NCBI GenBank assembly: GCA_044507735.1 | Contig: JBIQJB010000024.1 | Coordinates: forward strand, 1 to 32,109 | Length of the DNA: 32,109 nucleotides | DNA from: Nitrosopumilales archaeon | GTDB lineage: Archaea; Thermoproteota; Nitrososphaeria; Nitrososphaerales; Nitrososphaeraceae | Direction: 5' to 3' | In this document: piece by piece, positions 1-9,043 of the stretch | How positions within the stretch are numbered: position 1 is the first letter of the stretch | Layout of the letters: every line of letters starts with the position of its first letter | The notes under the pieces: generated by a model | What the model saw: the letters and a program-made list of their open reading frames with translations, nothing else | Database searches by the model: none | What the model was told of the DNA's origin: nothing | Made by a program: the position numbers and the translations under genes

Positions 1-766
1 ATGGCTCGTTCCAGTAGTGGATGAACCTGCCATGGAGCGTCCTGTTGTTCCTGATAAACTCTTTAATCTCTACCTTGAACTGGCTTTTCTTGAACGGGTT
101 GGCCATGTCAAACTCGCCGGCAATGAGGGCGTCAAAGAACGCGCCTGCTGCTCCGTCTATCTCCGGTCCAATGCCTCCAAGCTCGCCTTCCAAGATGCCA
201 TACAGGTCGTATTCCTCGATCTTGGCTGGGTCATAGTTGTACTGCCAAGTGCCTGATGCGCCGACGACCACCTTGGCCTTGCTTCCAGTTCTTTTCTTGG
301 CGGCGATTATCCTGTGGTGAAGGTCGCGGTTGTAAAACTCGTCGTAAGACATGTTCTTGCGACCGTAGGTGAATGTCATGGTGACAGGGCCCATGCCCAG
401 CGGGTCCATCTCATAGGTTCCGACCACCTGGGTCTCAGGACCGATGAACTTCTCGATGTGATCAGGATGCGCCACCACCACGTCTTCTCTGCTGTAGCCG
501 TCTCTCAGTAGAGCGGCCTCGACTTTTCTCAGTCCATAAGGCGCATAGTTGGCATACCCGTTGGTATGATCAATCGGGTTGCAGATAAAGTCAAAGAGGA
601 CTTTTGGAGTGACTTGGTTGCGCAGCACGAAATACCAGAAGGAATTGCGATCTCTGTTAAAGTCGAGAGCCGGTGCACATCCAAAGAAAGATGCAAGCGA
701 AATCCCCCTGTACGGAGACATCAAAGTGCGATCTGCGGTAAGAACAACCTTAGGAGACCTTCCCAA
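1..766 (-). CDS. B12-binding radical SAM protein, GDGT ring synthase (GrsA/GrsB)-like; N-terminal part only, runs off the left edge
   Basis: Manual translation (not in the ORF track). TTG at 764-766 opens a stop-free frame to base 1: MGRSPKVVLTADRTLMSPYRG...NYAPYGLRKVEAALLRDG...YEMDPLGMGP...KVVVGASGTWQ. VLTADRTLMS, APYGLRKVEAAL and MDPLG are motifs I associate with the archaeal Grs-type family. The CxxxCxxC motif is outside the window. Confidence 0.8.
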   Translation of the reverse strand, partial: MGRSPKVVLTADRTLMSPYRGISLASFFGCAPALDFNRDRNSFWYFVLRNQVTPKVLFDFICNPIDHTNGYANYAPYGLRKVEAALLRDGYSREDVVVAHPDHIEKFIGPETQVVGTYEMDPLGMGPVTMTFTYGRKNMSYDEFYNRDLHHRIIAAKKRTGSKAKVVVGASGTWQYNYDPAKIEEYDLYGILEGELGGIGPEIDGAAGAFFDALIAGEFDMANPFKKSQFKVEIKEFIRNNRTLHGRFIHYWNEP

Positions 767-831
767 CGCTCTAAATCCCTATTTACAAGAAAATGATTAC
801 AGGTGCAATTAAAGGTTTCCAATGTCTTCTT

Positions 832-2016
832 TTAGCGAATGCTGGCATCCCGCCTTTCTATAAAGTCCTGCAAGGTGGTAGCAGCCTCACTGCTTAGCTT
901 TTTCTTCAAGACCTCGTGTATATCTCTCACCAGCCCAAAGCCATAGAAAGTCAGGGCGGTATATAATGAGACGAGCGTGGCACCCTTCTCATATGCCTTC
1001 CAGGCATCCTCTCCTGAAAATATTCCGCCGCATGCTATTATCGCGAGGTCCGGAAATGCCCGGTGCACATCCTCTACCAATCTCAGCATATACGGAAAGA
1101 GCGGCCTGCCGCTCTCGCCGGCGACTCCTCTTGTAAAATTCCTCGTAATCTTGGTGGATTTGGTATCGATTGGCCGGGTGTTGCCTATCGTAACGAGCTG
1201 GCCGCCATTTTCGTAAAAAACCTTGATCGATTTGATCTTGGCCTCCCTTTCGTCATCCGATGGAGGCAGTTGGCTGTATGGCGATATCTTTGACGCCTTG
1301 ATCTTGCCAGGTGCATGCGTATTCATCAGATCAATCATCTTCTTTGTAAACTCAGGTGTCTGCAACACCTTGTTAAAGTCGGTGTTTGGTGATGTCCTGT
1401 TCTCCTCGAATCCAAAGTCTACGAACGGTGCAGCCCTGACCAGGATCTCTTTGCACGAGTCCAGCACCGCATCTTCTGTATATACGTCAGTAATACCAGA
1501 AAAGTTGAGCAGGATCTTGGCGCGCCCTCTTGGCCCTTCGCTGAACCTTTTCAGGTTTTTGATCGTGTAATCAATGCCCTTGTGTGGGTACCCTTGTGCA
1601 TTGATTATGGCCTCCCTTTCGTCATCCACGACAATCCTTACGGTTCCGTCAGTCTTTGGACGCTGTGGATTGCCAACGCGCGGGTTTTTCAGCACGCTCC
1701 CAGGGTTAAGAAATCCAAAGACATATGACAAAGGCTCAAGCACCTCGCAATTCTTGTCAAATCCTGCAGCGATTCCAACTGGGCCCGCCAATTTCTGATC
1801 ACAAATTGCCACCGCCAGCTGCTCTCCAGGATCAAAATATGAAGCGTTTTGCCTGAACTTGTCTGTCATCTTGCGCAGACGTTCCTTTGCTTTCTCATGC
1901 ACCACTTCTGCCAGCGCGAGCTCGTCTGTTGCTTTGTGCCGAGAGTATAGATACCTGCGGTAAAGCCGAAAGAGGGACGGATCCAAGCTTGCCTTGAATG
2001 TGTCTACAAGCTGCAC
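832..2016 (-). CDS. pyrD: Dihydroorotate dehydrogenase, class 2 (quinone)-like
   Basis: Motifs GPVGIAAGFDKN, GNPQRP, IINAQG, NRTSPNT (catalytic Ser loop), KISP, GNT, GESGRPL, IIACGGIFSGEDA and LVSLYTAL, plus an N-terminal helical extension. Confidence 0.85.
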   Translation of the reverse strand: MQLVDTFKASLDPSLFRLYRRYLYSRHKATDELALAEVVHEKAKERLRKMTDKFRQNASYFDPGEQLAVAICDQKLAGPVGIAAGFDKNCEVLEPLSYVFGFLNPGSVLKNPRVGNPQRPKTDGTVRIVVDDEREAIINAQGYPHKGIDYTIKNLKRFSEGPRGRAKILLNFSGITDVYTEDAVLDSCKEILVRAAPFVDFGFEENRTSPNTDFNKVLQTPEFTKKMIDLMNTHAPGKIKASKISPYSQLPPSDDEREAKIKSIKVFYENGGQLVTIGNTRPIDTKSTKITRNFTRGVAGESGRPLFPYMLRLVEDVHRAFPDLAIIACGGIFSGEDAWKAYEKGATLVSLYTALTFYGFGLVRDIHEVLKKKLSSEAATTLQDFIERRDASIR

Positions 2017-2051
2017 TTTATGCTGTCGCTATTCTACTTTCCTATATAGGC

Positions 2052-2267
2052 TTAATGCTGGCTATCCTTGACAAACTGCCACAGGTTCGCCAAGAGGCGG
2101 TCAAAGCTGTGGCTGTTTGAAATTTCGTACTTGAGCGCGTTACCGTATTCGTTCGTGAGTTCTAGCACAGGTACTCCAGATTCCAAGGTTATCGTGATGT
2201 TCTTCTTGTCCAGGCTAATGGATAGCCCTTCGCTCTCTTTGCCCTTTACTATCTTGGGTTCTACCAA
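2052..2267 (-). CDS. Small hypothetical protein
   Basis: 71-aa ORF with protein-like composition, co-oriented and filling the gap between the cupin gene and pyrD. Confidence 0.6.
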   Translation of the reverse strand: MVEPKIVKGKESEGLSISLDKKNITITLESGVPVLELTNEYGNALKYEISNSHSFDRLLANLWQFVKDSQH

Positions 2268-2306
2268 AGCAATATTATTGTTCGATGCGAAGGATATATT
2301 TCAAAG

Positions 2307-2678
2307 CTAGGCAGCCGCTATGCGGGTCTTGGTGACTGGCACCCTCTGGTAGTCGTCCTCGATGCGGACAATGTCACCTTCTTCAAACTTGCCGTACGCG
2401 ATTTCAAGTATCACGCAATCGCGGTCAAGTGCACCCAGTCTGTGCTTTGCTTTGCGCGGGATCATTAGGGTTTCACCTTCGGTTAGAAGTATGGACTTGC
2501 CGTCCAGCTCGACTGCTGCAATCCCCTTAACGACCCTCCACAATTCAGAGCGCTTATTGTGATACTGCAGGCTGAGCCTAGAATTAGCATTGACATGGAT
2601 CAGTTTTACGGTGCAGGGTTTGTTTTCATGAAACTTTACAAACCTTCCCCACGGCCTGCTTTCAGAATAGATCTCCAT
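2307..2678 (-). CDS. Mannose-6-phosphate isomerase type II C-terminal cupin-domain protein
   Basis: RPWGRF...RLSLQYHNKRSELWRVVKG...IPRKAKHRL...ILEIAYG..EGDIVRIEDDYQR signature. Confidence 0.9.
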   Translation of the reverse strand: MEIYSESRPWGRFVKFHENKPCTVKLIHVNANSRLSLQYHNKRSELWRVVKGIAAVELDGKSILLTEGETLMIPRKAKHRLGALDRDCVILEIAYGKFEEGDIVRIEDDYQRVPVTKTRIAAA

Positions 2679-2751
2679 GAAACAAAAGGGGCAGAAAATG
2701 ATTTAAAAATTTCCATTTAAAATAAATACGGTTTCGTCAAAAGTATCAGGC

Positions 2752-2958
2752 GTGTCCAAGTCGGACGACTGCATTAACAGCGAACATGGTGCATGCAAAG
2801 GAGTGATCATAGAGAATATCAATTCTTCCACGATAACAAAAATGTGCACGTGTCAGTGCCACGACAGCATGTATCAGCTCATCAGGAACACCATTGCCGT
2901 GATAAATCAGAGCCAAAGGAACAACCCTTACCAGTTCACGCACGACGACGGATTCTAG
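2752..2958 (+). CDS. Small Cys/His-rich hypothetical protein (possible metal binding)
   Basis: 68 aa with C-x4-H-x2-C and CTCQCH; AT-rich TATA-like sequence at ~2716-2728; converges on the SemiSWEET stop. Confidence 0.55.
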   Translation: MSKSDDCINSEHGACKGVIIENINSSTITKMCTCQCHDSMYQLIRNTIAVINQSQRNNPYQFTHDDGF

Positions 2959-3221
2959 GCTATCCTTGCAGGCTTTTTTCGAAAAGCAAATTTCATGTAA
3001 AGAAGGGCCACATTGAACGAAGTCGCAGTCGCGTTTGCGCTTATTATCACCCAGTCGGCCTTGAATATGCCATAAACCATCCACAAAACAGTACCAGTGG
3101 CAAAAAAGCTCATCAGGTAACTAGACACATCTTGCATGCTCTTAGTCCTATAGGCCTTGATTATCTGTGGCAAAAAGCTAGAAGTTGTAAGGGTTGCTGC
3201 AGCAACTCCGATTAATGACAT
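2955..3221 (-). CDS. SemiSWEET / PQ-loop (MtN3-like) transporter
   Basis: IGVAAATLTTSSFLPQIIKAYRTKSMQDVS...LWMVYG...VIISAN pattern with three hydrophobic helices. Start moved to ATG 3221; the track ORF extends to 3365. Confidence 0.85.
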   Translation of the reverse strand: MSLIGVAAATLTTSSFLPQIIKAYRTKSMQDVSSYLMSFFATGTVLWMVYGIFKADWVIISANATATSFNVALLYMKFAFRKKPARIA

Positions 3222-3693
3222 AATCAGATCTGACGATATGTCGGGTGATGCCTGACCCAACTGAGGAGAAAACATTACTATTTTTGGTTTCCCGGCAATT
3301 GCTATTAAAACTCTGCTATGCACGTTCATGTTCTCAATTCGAGATATCCATCCCTTGACAGTCATGCATCATGATGCAGATATTGCTCACGATCGCAAGG
3401 ATTCGTGCCCGGTCTATTTTCCAGCAAGTCTGCATGAGACATTACTGCTCACTTGCCAGTGGGCTGACGAGTTCATTTTTGGCGGCACATCTGCAGCCTC
3501 GTTTCAGTCCTTTTTCCCATTTTTCTTGACCTTATGGGATGCGTGTTTCCTCTTGCTGTTGATACGGACTGGACACCTTATTGCATGTTCCTGTGTCGGT
3601 TGTTGACAGTCAAGTATGGGTCCTTGATGTGGCAAGGCCCTCGTTTGGCCTGCCAGAGTTATTATATATAGTCAGACCAGCATAGCACCAGCC

Positions 3694-3855
3694 ATGGCGC
3701 ACCTGAAGGACCTTGTAGACGGCACGGTAGTGGGGTCGGGTTCTGATTATATCGTCATCCAGAAAGGCAAAAAGAGGCTCTTGGTAGAGTTTCAGAACTT
3801 CAGGATACAGGAGCTGAAAAACGCTACTACGCCGTATGGCTCTCAGATAGACTAG
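3694..3855 (+). CDS. Small hypothetical protein (53 aa), not in ORF track
   Basis: MAHLKDLVDGTVVGSGSDYIVIQKGKKRLLVEFQNFRIQELKNATTPYGSQID*; TATA-like TTATTATATATA at 3659-3670, about 24 nt upstream. Confidence 0.6.
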   Translation: MAHLKDLVDGTVVGSGSDYIVIQKGKKRLLVEFQNFRIQELKNATTPYGSQID

Positions 3856-3925
3856 ATTTGTCAATTGAGTCAAGAATTTTGTCGTAAAAAGTTAAATTGA
3901 GTTAGCGAAAATAGTCCCATCGTCT

Positions 3926-5962
3926 TTGACGCAGAAGCCTACTGTCGAGGTTGCAGCTGTTGCTCAGCAAAAGTCAGTGAAAGGGAAGGTCAAATATGAC
4001 AAGAAGGCAGAATCAGAATTCTTTGTTGACAACTCTGCTCTAGCAGGCTTTACTACAGAGCGCATTCTATACATGGCTGTCAGGGAGCTCATCGAAAATT
4101 CGCTTGATTCTTGCGAGACGGGCCACATCCTTCCCAAGATATCGCTGTCGCTCAAAATGCTCGATCAGGCAAACGATCTCTGGATAATAACCTGCGAAGA
4201 CAACGGAATCGGTGTTCCGTCTGACAAAGTTCCTGTCGCAGTATGCTCGTTCTTGACATCGGGCAAGTATGTCGAAAAGCAGCAGCGCGGCCTTTTTGGC
4301 GTCGGTCTGAAGATGATTGCTGCCTTTTCAACAAAGGATACGATTCATCCAATCAAGGTCTGGTCGAAATCACAGGACGAAGGTGTCGAATACTACTTTG
4401 AACTCCGCACAGACATCAGCACGAACAGGCCCATCCAGCTTGCTAAGAAGGTGCTCAAAGGAGAAGATTGCAAGATCACCGGTGACTCTGGTTTCAGGGT
4501 TGAGGCTATACTTCATGCAAAACTATCCCCTATTACAAGGAACAACATAAAGAGTAAGATCAACGAGTATATCAGCCAGACAAGCGTCGTAAACCCTTAC
4601 GCCATTATTGAATACGAGACCGATGAGGGAAGAGTCACATTTGAGAGAAGGACAGAGGTAATGCCGCAGCCCGCAAGAGAAGTCCTTCCGCATCCCGCAG
4701 ACATGGATCTCCAGACTCTCAAGAAGGCGATAATGAATTTCATGAACCAAAAGACGACGCTTCAGGGCGTCCTGTCGGCGTCCTTCCAAAAGATGTCAAG
4801 CGAAAAGGCAAAGGACATTATTGCCAAGGCCGGTGTTGAAAACAAGCCAGCTGACAAATATACTGAGAACGAGCTTATCGAAATTGTAAAGGTGTGTAAG
4901 CACACACCATTCCAGCAGGCAAACACAGACCACTTGAGCCCCATAGGTGAGGAGATCCTAACCACTGGAATGACTTCTGAATATACGATTGTAACAACAA
5001 GAGAAGCCAGTCAGTCGTCATCATCAACTGCTGAAGGCGGCGGTGGCGCTCCAGAAGTCCAGAAACCCCAGCTTACAGTCAAGATATTGAAGCCGGCATT
5101 GACAGCCTATTCTTCCCGCACATGTGTCATTAACAATCGGCCGACCATAGTAGAGTGCGGCATTGCGTATGGTGGCGACATCCCTTCATTCAAGCTCTAT
5201 AGGTTTGCAAATAAGATTCCTCTGCTGTATGACGAGGGATCCGATGTTGCCAGGGAAGTCGTGTCCGAAGTGGAGATTAACAAGATGGGCATCACGAAAA
5301 AGGAAGCAAAGGAGCAGTTTGCCAACGTCGGAGCGAAATCCGACAGGGCAGTGGAGCTCTTGCCGTTGCACATATTCTTCCACATATGCTCCACAAAGAT
5401 ACCCTACAAGACTGCGGGCAAAGAAAGCATAGCTTCTGAAGGCGAGCTGAAAAGGTACATGAAGTCTTGCCTGTCAGAGTTATACAGGAAGGTGAGTGCG
5501 CAGATTAGAAAGGAGCTGCGCATGAAGGACGCTGTCAACAGACTCAACCTATACAAATACTACATCCCTCTAGTTGTAAGCGCGATTTCCGAATCAATCA
5601 AGGTTGACCCAGACAAACTGGAACAGGCGTTCACCGAGCTCGCAGAGAAGCACGTAAAGGTAGAACAGCTGGCAATCGCCCCAGTTGAGAAGAAAGAAGA
5701 CAAGATCACCAGTGAGCGCATCAAGGAAGAGACAGAGGGAGAAGGAGAGGTTCAGGAAATAGTGATTGACGACGAGGTTATCCGGCCGGACAAAGAGCAG
5801 ATCGCAATCAACGCTGCACGGAAAAAAGGCAAGACTTCTAAGCCAAAGAACAACAAGAAGAAGGACGGGGAAGCAGCCCCAAGGACCCTCAATGAAAACA
5901 GCAAGCAGCAAACTCTGGATGCAATGATCGAAGACAAGCCGAAAGAAAGGAGAAGAAAGTAG
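3926..5962 (+). CDS. top6B: DNA topoisomerase VI subunit B (divergent)
   Basis: GHKL motifs VRELIENSLDS, EDNGIGV, TSGKY and QQRGLFGVGLK; PHP; transducer motifs RFANKIPLLYD and STKIPYKTAGKESIA. Confidence 0.93.
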   Translation: MTQKPTVEVAAVAQQKSVKGKVKYDKKAESEFFVDNSALAGFTTERILYMAVRELIENSLDSCETGHILPKISLSLKMLDQANDLWIITCEDNGIGVPSDKVPVAVCSFLTSGKYVEKQQRGLFGVGLKMIAAFSTKDTIHPIKVWSKSQDEGVEYYFELRTDISTNRPIQLAKKVLKGEDCKITGDSGFRVEAILHAKLSPITRNNIKSKINEYISQTSVVNPYAIIEYETDEGRVTFERRTEVMPQPAREVLPHPADMDLQTLKKAIMNFMNQKTTLQGVLSASFQKMSSEKAKDIIAKAGVENKPADKYTENELIEIVKVCKHTPFQQANTDHLSPIGEEILTTGMTSEYTIVTTREASQSSSSTAEGGGGAPEVQKPQLTVKILKPALTAYSSRTCVINNRPTIVECGIAYGGDIPSFKLYRFANKIPLLYDEGSDVAREVVSEVEINKMGITKKEAKEQFANVGAKSDRAVELLPLHIFFHICSTKIPYKTAGKESIASEGELKRYMKSCLSELYRKVSAQIRKELRMKDAVNRLNLYKYYIPLVVSAISESIKVDPDKLEQAFTELAEKHVKVEQLAIAPVEKKEDKITSERIKEETEGEGEVQEIVIDDEVIRPDKEQIAINAARKKGKTSKPKNNKKKDGEAAPRTLNENSKQQTLDAMIEDKPKERRRK

Positions 5963-5966
5963 GTAG

Positions 5967-7073
5967 ATGCCAGCAACCGACAAACGCCATCAAGAAGTAA
6001 TTAGAAAGATCAAACAGATAATGAAGGACGTCAGCGTCGATCTGATGGTGCAAAAGACAATGCCCGTTCTGAACGTCCCAAAGGTCGGCTCTGATAATAC
6101 AATGTGGTCTGACGAAAAGAGAATGCTTACGATTGGTGACAAGACGGTCGCCATAAGCCCAGACAGCACGAAAAAGATTCCCACGTTCACACAGTATCTT
6201 GTTATGGCCAACGCCGTCCGCAAACTACTGGACGAGGAGATGGAGAGCACCATTAGAGGGATGTATTATGCAACGCTCAGCACTGTGGGCGATGAAAAGA
6301 ACAAGCAAAAATTCTGGGCGAGCCAAGAAAATTCCGACGATGCCATCAAGGCAATTGAACTGTTGACAGGAGTCCCCAGGGAAGAGTTTTCCGTCACTTC
6401 AAAACCAAAGGGGATGATTTCCGGCCCTATCACTCTACGAGTTGGAGGAGATGTCATCGACTGTAACCTTGGGAGCAGGGCGACTTCTCAGCTGATACCG
6501 ACCAACATCCGCGACGTCGAGATAGTGAAGGTAAAGGCTGACTTTGTGATGGTTGTTGAGAAGGACACCGTCCTCAACAATATCCGCAAGTCTGGCTTTA
6601 TCCAAAAGTACAACGCGATTCTGATGACAGGCTCAGGAGAACCGGACAGGGCGACTAGGATGATGGTCAAGACTCTCAATGAAGAGTGGAAAAAACCGGT
6701 GGTGATATTTACTGACGCGGACCCATGGGGTCTTGGTATTGCACTCCGCTACAAGATCGGCAGTGAGTCTTTGAGCTACGACAGTGACAGGCTGGTTACA
6801 CCTGATGCCAAAGTACTTGGCATGACATTCTCTGACATCTATGACTACAACATCCCGGAGGTTGCGAGGCTTGCCGCGTCGGAAGAAGATTTGAACAGGG
6901 CAAGCGACATGAAGAAAAAGCCATGGTTCCAAGACAAGCAATGGCAGAAAGAGCTTGACCTGTTCTTGAAGAAGAAGGAAAAGTGCGAGCTGGATGCATT
7001 CTTCAAGCACGGATTCAAGTACCTGGCAGATGTCTACTTGCCGCAAAAGCTGCGCGCAGCTGGCGTAATATAG
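5967..7073 (+). CDS. top6A: DNA topoisomerase VI subunit A (Spo11 family)
   Basis: Catalytic-Tyr motif TIRGMYY; TOPRIM motifs VVEKD, GSGEPDRATR and TDADPWG; C-terminal KCELDAF...YLPQKL; 4 nt after top6B. Confidence 0.93.
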   Translation: MPATDKRHQEVIRKIKQIMKDVSVDLMVQKTMPVLNVPKVGSDNTMWSDEKRMLTIGDKTVAISPDSTKKIPTFTQYLVMANAVRKLLDEEMESTIRGMYYATLSTVGDEKNKQKFWASQENSDDAIKAIELLTGVPREEFSVTSKPKGMISGPITLRVGGDVIDCNLGSRATSQLIPTNIRDVEIVKVKADFVMVVEKDTVLNNIRKSGFIQKYNAILMTGSGEPDRATRMMVKTLNEEWKKPVVIFTDADPWGLGIALRYKIGSESLSYDSDRLVTPDAKVLGMTFSDIYDYNIPEVARLAASEEDLNRASDMKKKPWFQDKQWQKELDLFLKKKEKCELDAFFKHGFKYLADVYLPQKLRAAGVI

Positions 7074-7176
7074 TATTATCACCACCAATTTCTCTAGTCT
7101 TTTGATACTATGAGGAGCTACAAATTTTTCCAAACGTTTATAATTGATCCGGGGATGGCTGGCTGCGGAGCTTGTA

Positions 7177-7950
7177 ATGGAGCAGGTTCATTCATTCTGT
7201 CTCATGAATGAAGAGGACGATGGCGGATATCCTGAGCTGTATGACAAGATCACTCATTATGCTTCGCAGAATTACGCTGTAATCTATGCAGTGGAAAACG
7301 ACACGATGCAAACGGTGAGACACATGCGCCGACAGGGCGCTGACGTCGAAACGCTTGTCGAGTCTGGAGCCCTAACAATAGTCGGCAGAAACAGAGTGTA
7401 CTCGGTTGAAGAAACCGATCTCGATGCCCATGCCCTCTTGAATACATGGCACGATCTAATATTGAAGATAAGGAACCGCTCTGATTTCGATGGCATACTC
7501 GCCATTGGCACTGCTGAAGTGTTCTTTGAGCATGCCATCGATCCGTGCAAGCTCATCAAGTACGAGAGGATGGTGGGCCAGAAATTTGCGATCCCGCTTG
7601 AAGCGATCTGCTGCTATAGCGAGGACAGCATTTCAAAGCTGTCTCTTGCTGAGGTAATTGCCATTCTGGATGCACATCACTCAACGATCCACCGCGGATC
7701 CCAATATAGGAAATGGCATCCTCAGAAGATCGTCTCGTTGGCGCGCAGTGGGCTGGAGAGGCACCTTGGCGCCGAGTTATCAAATTTGATCTTCAAGACT
7801 ATGAAACTCTGCTACAAAATCGGGGATGACGAGATCATTTCCAATCCCGCGATCTTGGAATCAATGTTGAAAAGAATAATTGGAAAACGCATGGCAGAGG
7901 CTACAATTGCGCAGATAAAGGAAGAAATCAGAAAATCTATTTTGTTCTGA
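7177..7950 (+). CDS. MEDS-like sensory-domain protein with C-terminal helical domain
   Basis: Pattern VIYAVE...GALTIV...LIKYE...LEAICCY...ILDAHH resembles MEDS. Start ATG 7177 preferred (TTTATAA at 7137-7143); the track start is 7144. Confidence 0.65.
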   Translation: MEQVHSFCLMNEEDDGGYPELYDKITHYASQNYAVIYAVENDTMQTVRHMRRQGADVETLVESGALTIVGRNRVYSVEETDLDAHALLNTWHDLILKIRNRSDFDGILAIGTAEVFFEHAIDPCKLIKYERMVGQKFAIPLEAICCYSEDSISKLSLAEVIAILDAHHSTIHRGSQYRKWHPQKIVSLARSGLERHLGAELSNLIFKTMKLCYKIGDDEIISNPAILESMLKRIIGKRMAEATIAQIKEEIRKSILF

Positions 7951-7963
7951 TTATGTCGTTTTC

Positions 7964-8491
7964 TTATTCGTCAGGCAGAGGCTCGTCCCTGTCAACCCTG
8001 TACTTGAACACATCCTGATAATTCATACCAAGTATTACATTCCGGCCTACAGCAATTATCTCTGACTTGGGTACGTCGAACCTGTAATCATAGTGCCCCC
8101 AGATCACAATCTTGTCGTCAGTCTCTTTCACCACGTGGCCGACATGCTCTTCGTCCTGTGTCCTAACTCCCTTGTTAAAGAGCGACTTTGGATATTCTCG
8201 TTCGTATGTGGCCAAGTCTATGTTGTCTGGCTTTGTCCACGGATCCCTTACAGCTTTTCCAGCAGGCAGCGGTTCTTCTCTGCTCACCTTGTACTTTTTG
8301 ACAATTTCATAAAGGGGCATGTCAATAAGGACATTCCCAGCTGTAAACTTGATCTCTGATTTTGGAATATCATACCTATCATCGCCTCCACCAAATACGA
8401 CTATCTTGTCATCAGTTTCCCTTACCACATGGCCTATGTGCGGTGAATCGAGTGCCTTGACGCCTTTGTTAAAATACTTGCCGGATGTCAT
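7964..8491 (-). CDS. Hypothetical protein with two internal PRC-barrel-like repeats
   Basis: FNKGVKALDSPHIGHVVRETDDKIVVFG..RYDIPKSEI repeated as FNKGVRTQDEEHVGHVVKETDDKIVIWG..RFDVPKSEI. Confidence 0.8.
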   Translation of the reverse strand: MTSGKYFNKGVKALDSPHIGHVVRETDDKIVVFGGGDDRYDIPKSEIKFTAGNVLIDMPLYEIVKKYKVSREEPLPAGKAVRDPWTKPDNIDLATYEREYPKSLFNKGVRTQDEEHVGHVVKETDDKIVIWGHYDYRFDVPKSEIIAVGRNVILGMNYQDVFKYRVDRDEPLPDE

Positions 8492-9043
8492 AATAATCTA
8501 TAGTCCCATCCTTTATTTTATTAACATATCTATGTGGACTAGCATAATTGCGCTATCGCGCGCCGCGCACCGCAGCAGATATTTCGACATGTCCGGTTTT
8601 AAGCCCCTGTCCGGAAGCGATGGGCGATGGCAGATCATGTCCAGCAGGCAAGGTGCAGATGGTGCCTTGAAAATAACAGATCGTAATTGATAGCATATTC
8701 TTCAGCAGCGCCAAAATGGGGCGAGCCTTTTGATAGATATGTTGTACTTGATCATGATCATCCCTTCTATTCTTCTCCAAGAGGTTCTCCTGCATTTTCG
8801 TTGATTAATTCTAGTACATGTGCTCCGTTCCAGAATAGCGCCTAGTCGCCATTGACGATTTGCTATTGGGCTATCTAGCTAAATAGATGGTGCATAAAGC
8901 CATCTGAAAAAAATGGGTTTACATTACTCCTAGAAATAGCACCAAACTTTCAATCTGATAGACCTAGATTAAAGATGATCTTACAATAGACTTTGACTTT
9001 GGGGCATTAGGAAGCACCCGTTCTGCGGATTCTAGATGCAAGA

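Noticed and set aside
17-812. Five short plus-strand ORFs in the track
   Set aside because: Antisense shadows of the minus-strand radical-SAM gene at 1-766
3610-3873. 87-aa minus-strand ORF
   Set aside because: Overlaps the plus-strand 53-aa ORF, which has a well-placed TATA box and more protein-like composition
8553-8795. 80-aa minus-strand ORF, and the overlapping plus-strand 8319-8690 ORF
   Set aside because: No recognisable motif or clear coding signal; cannot be supported, though not excluded
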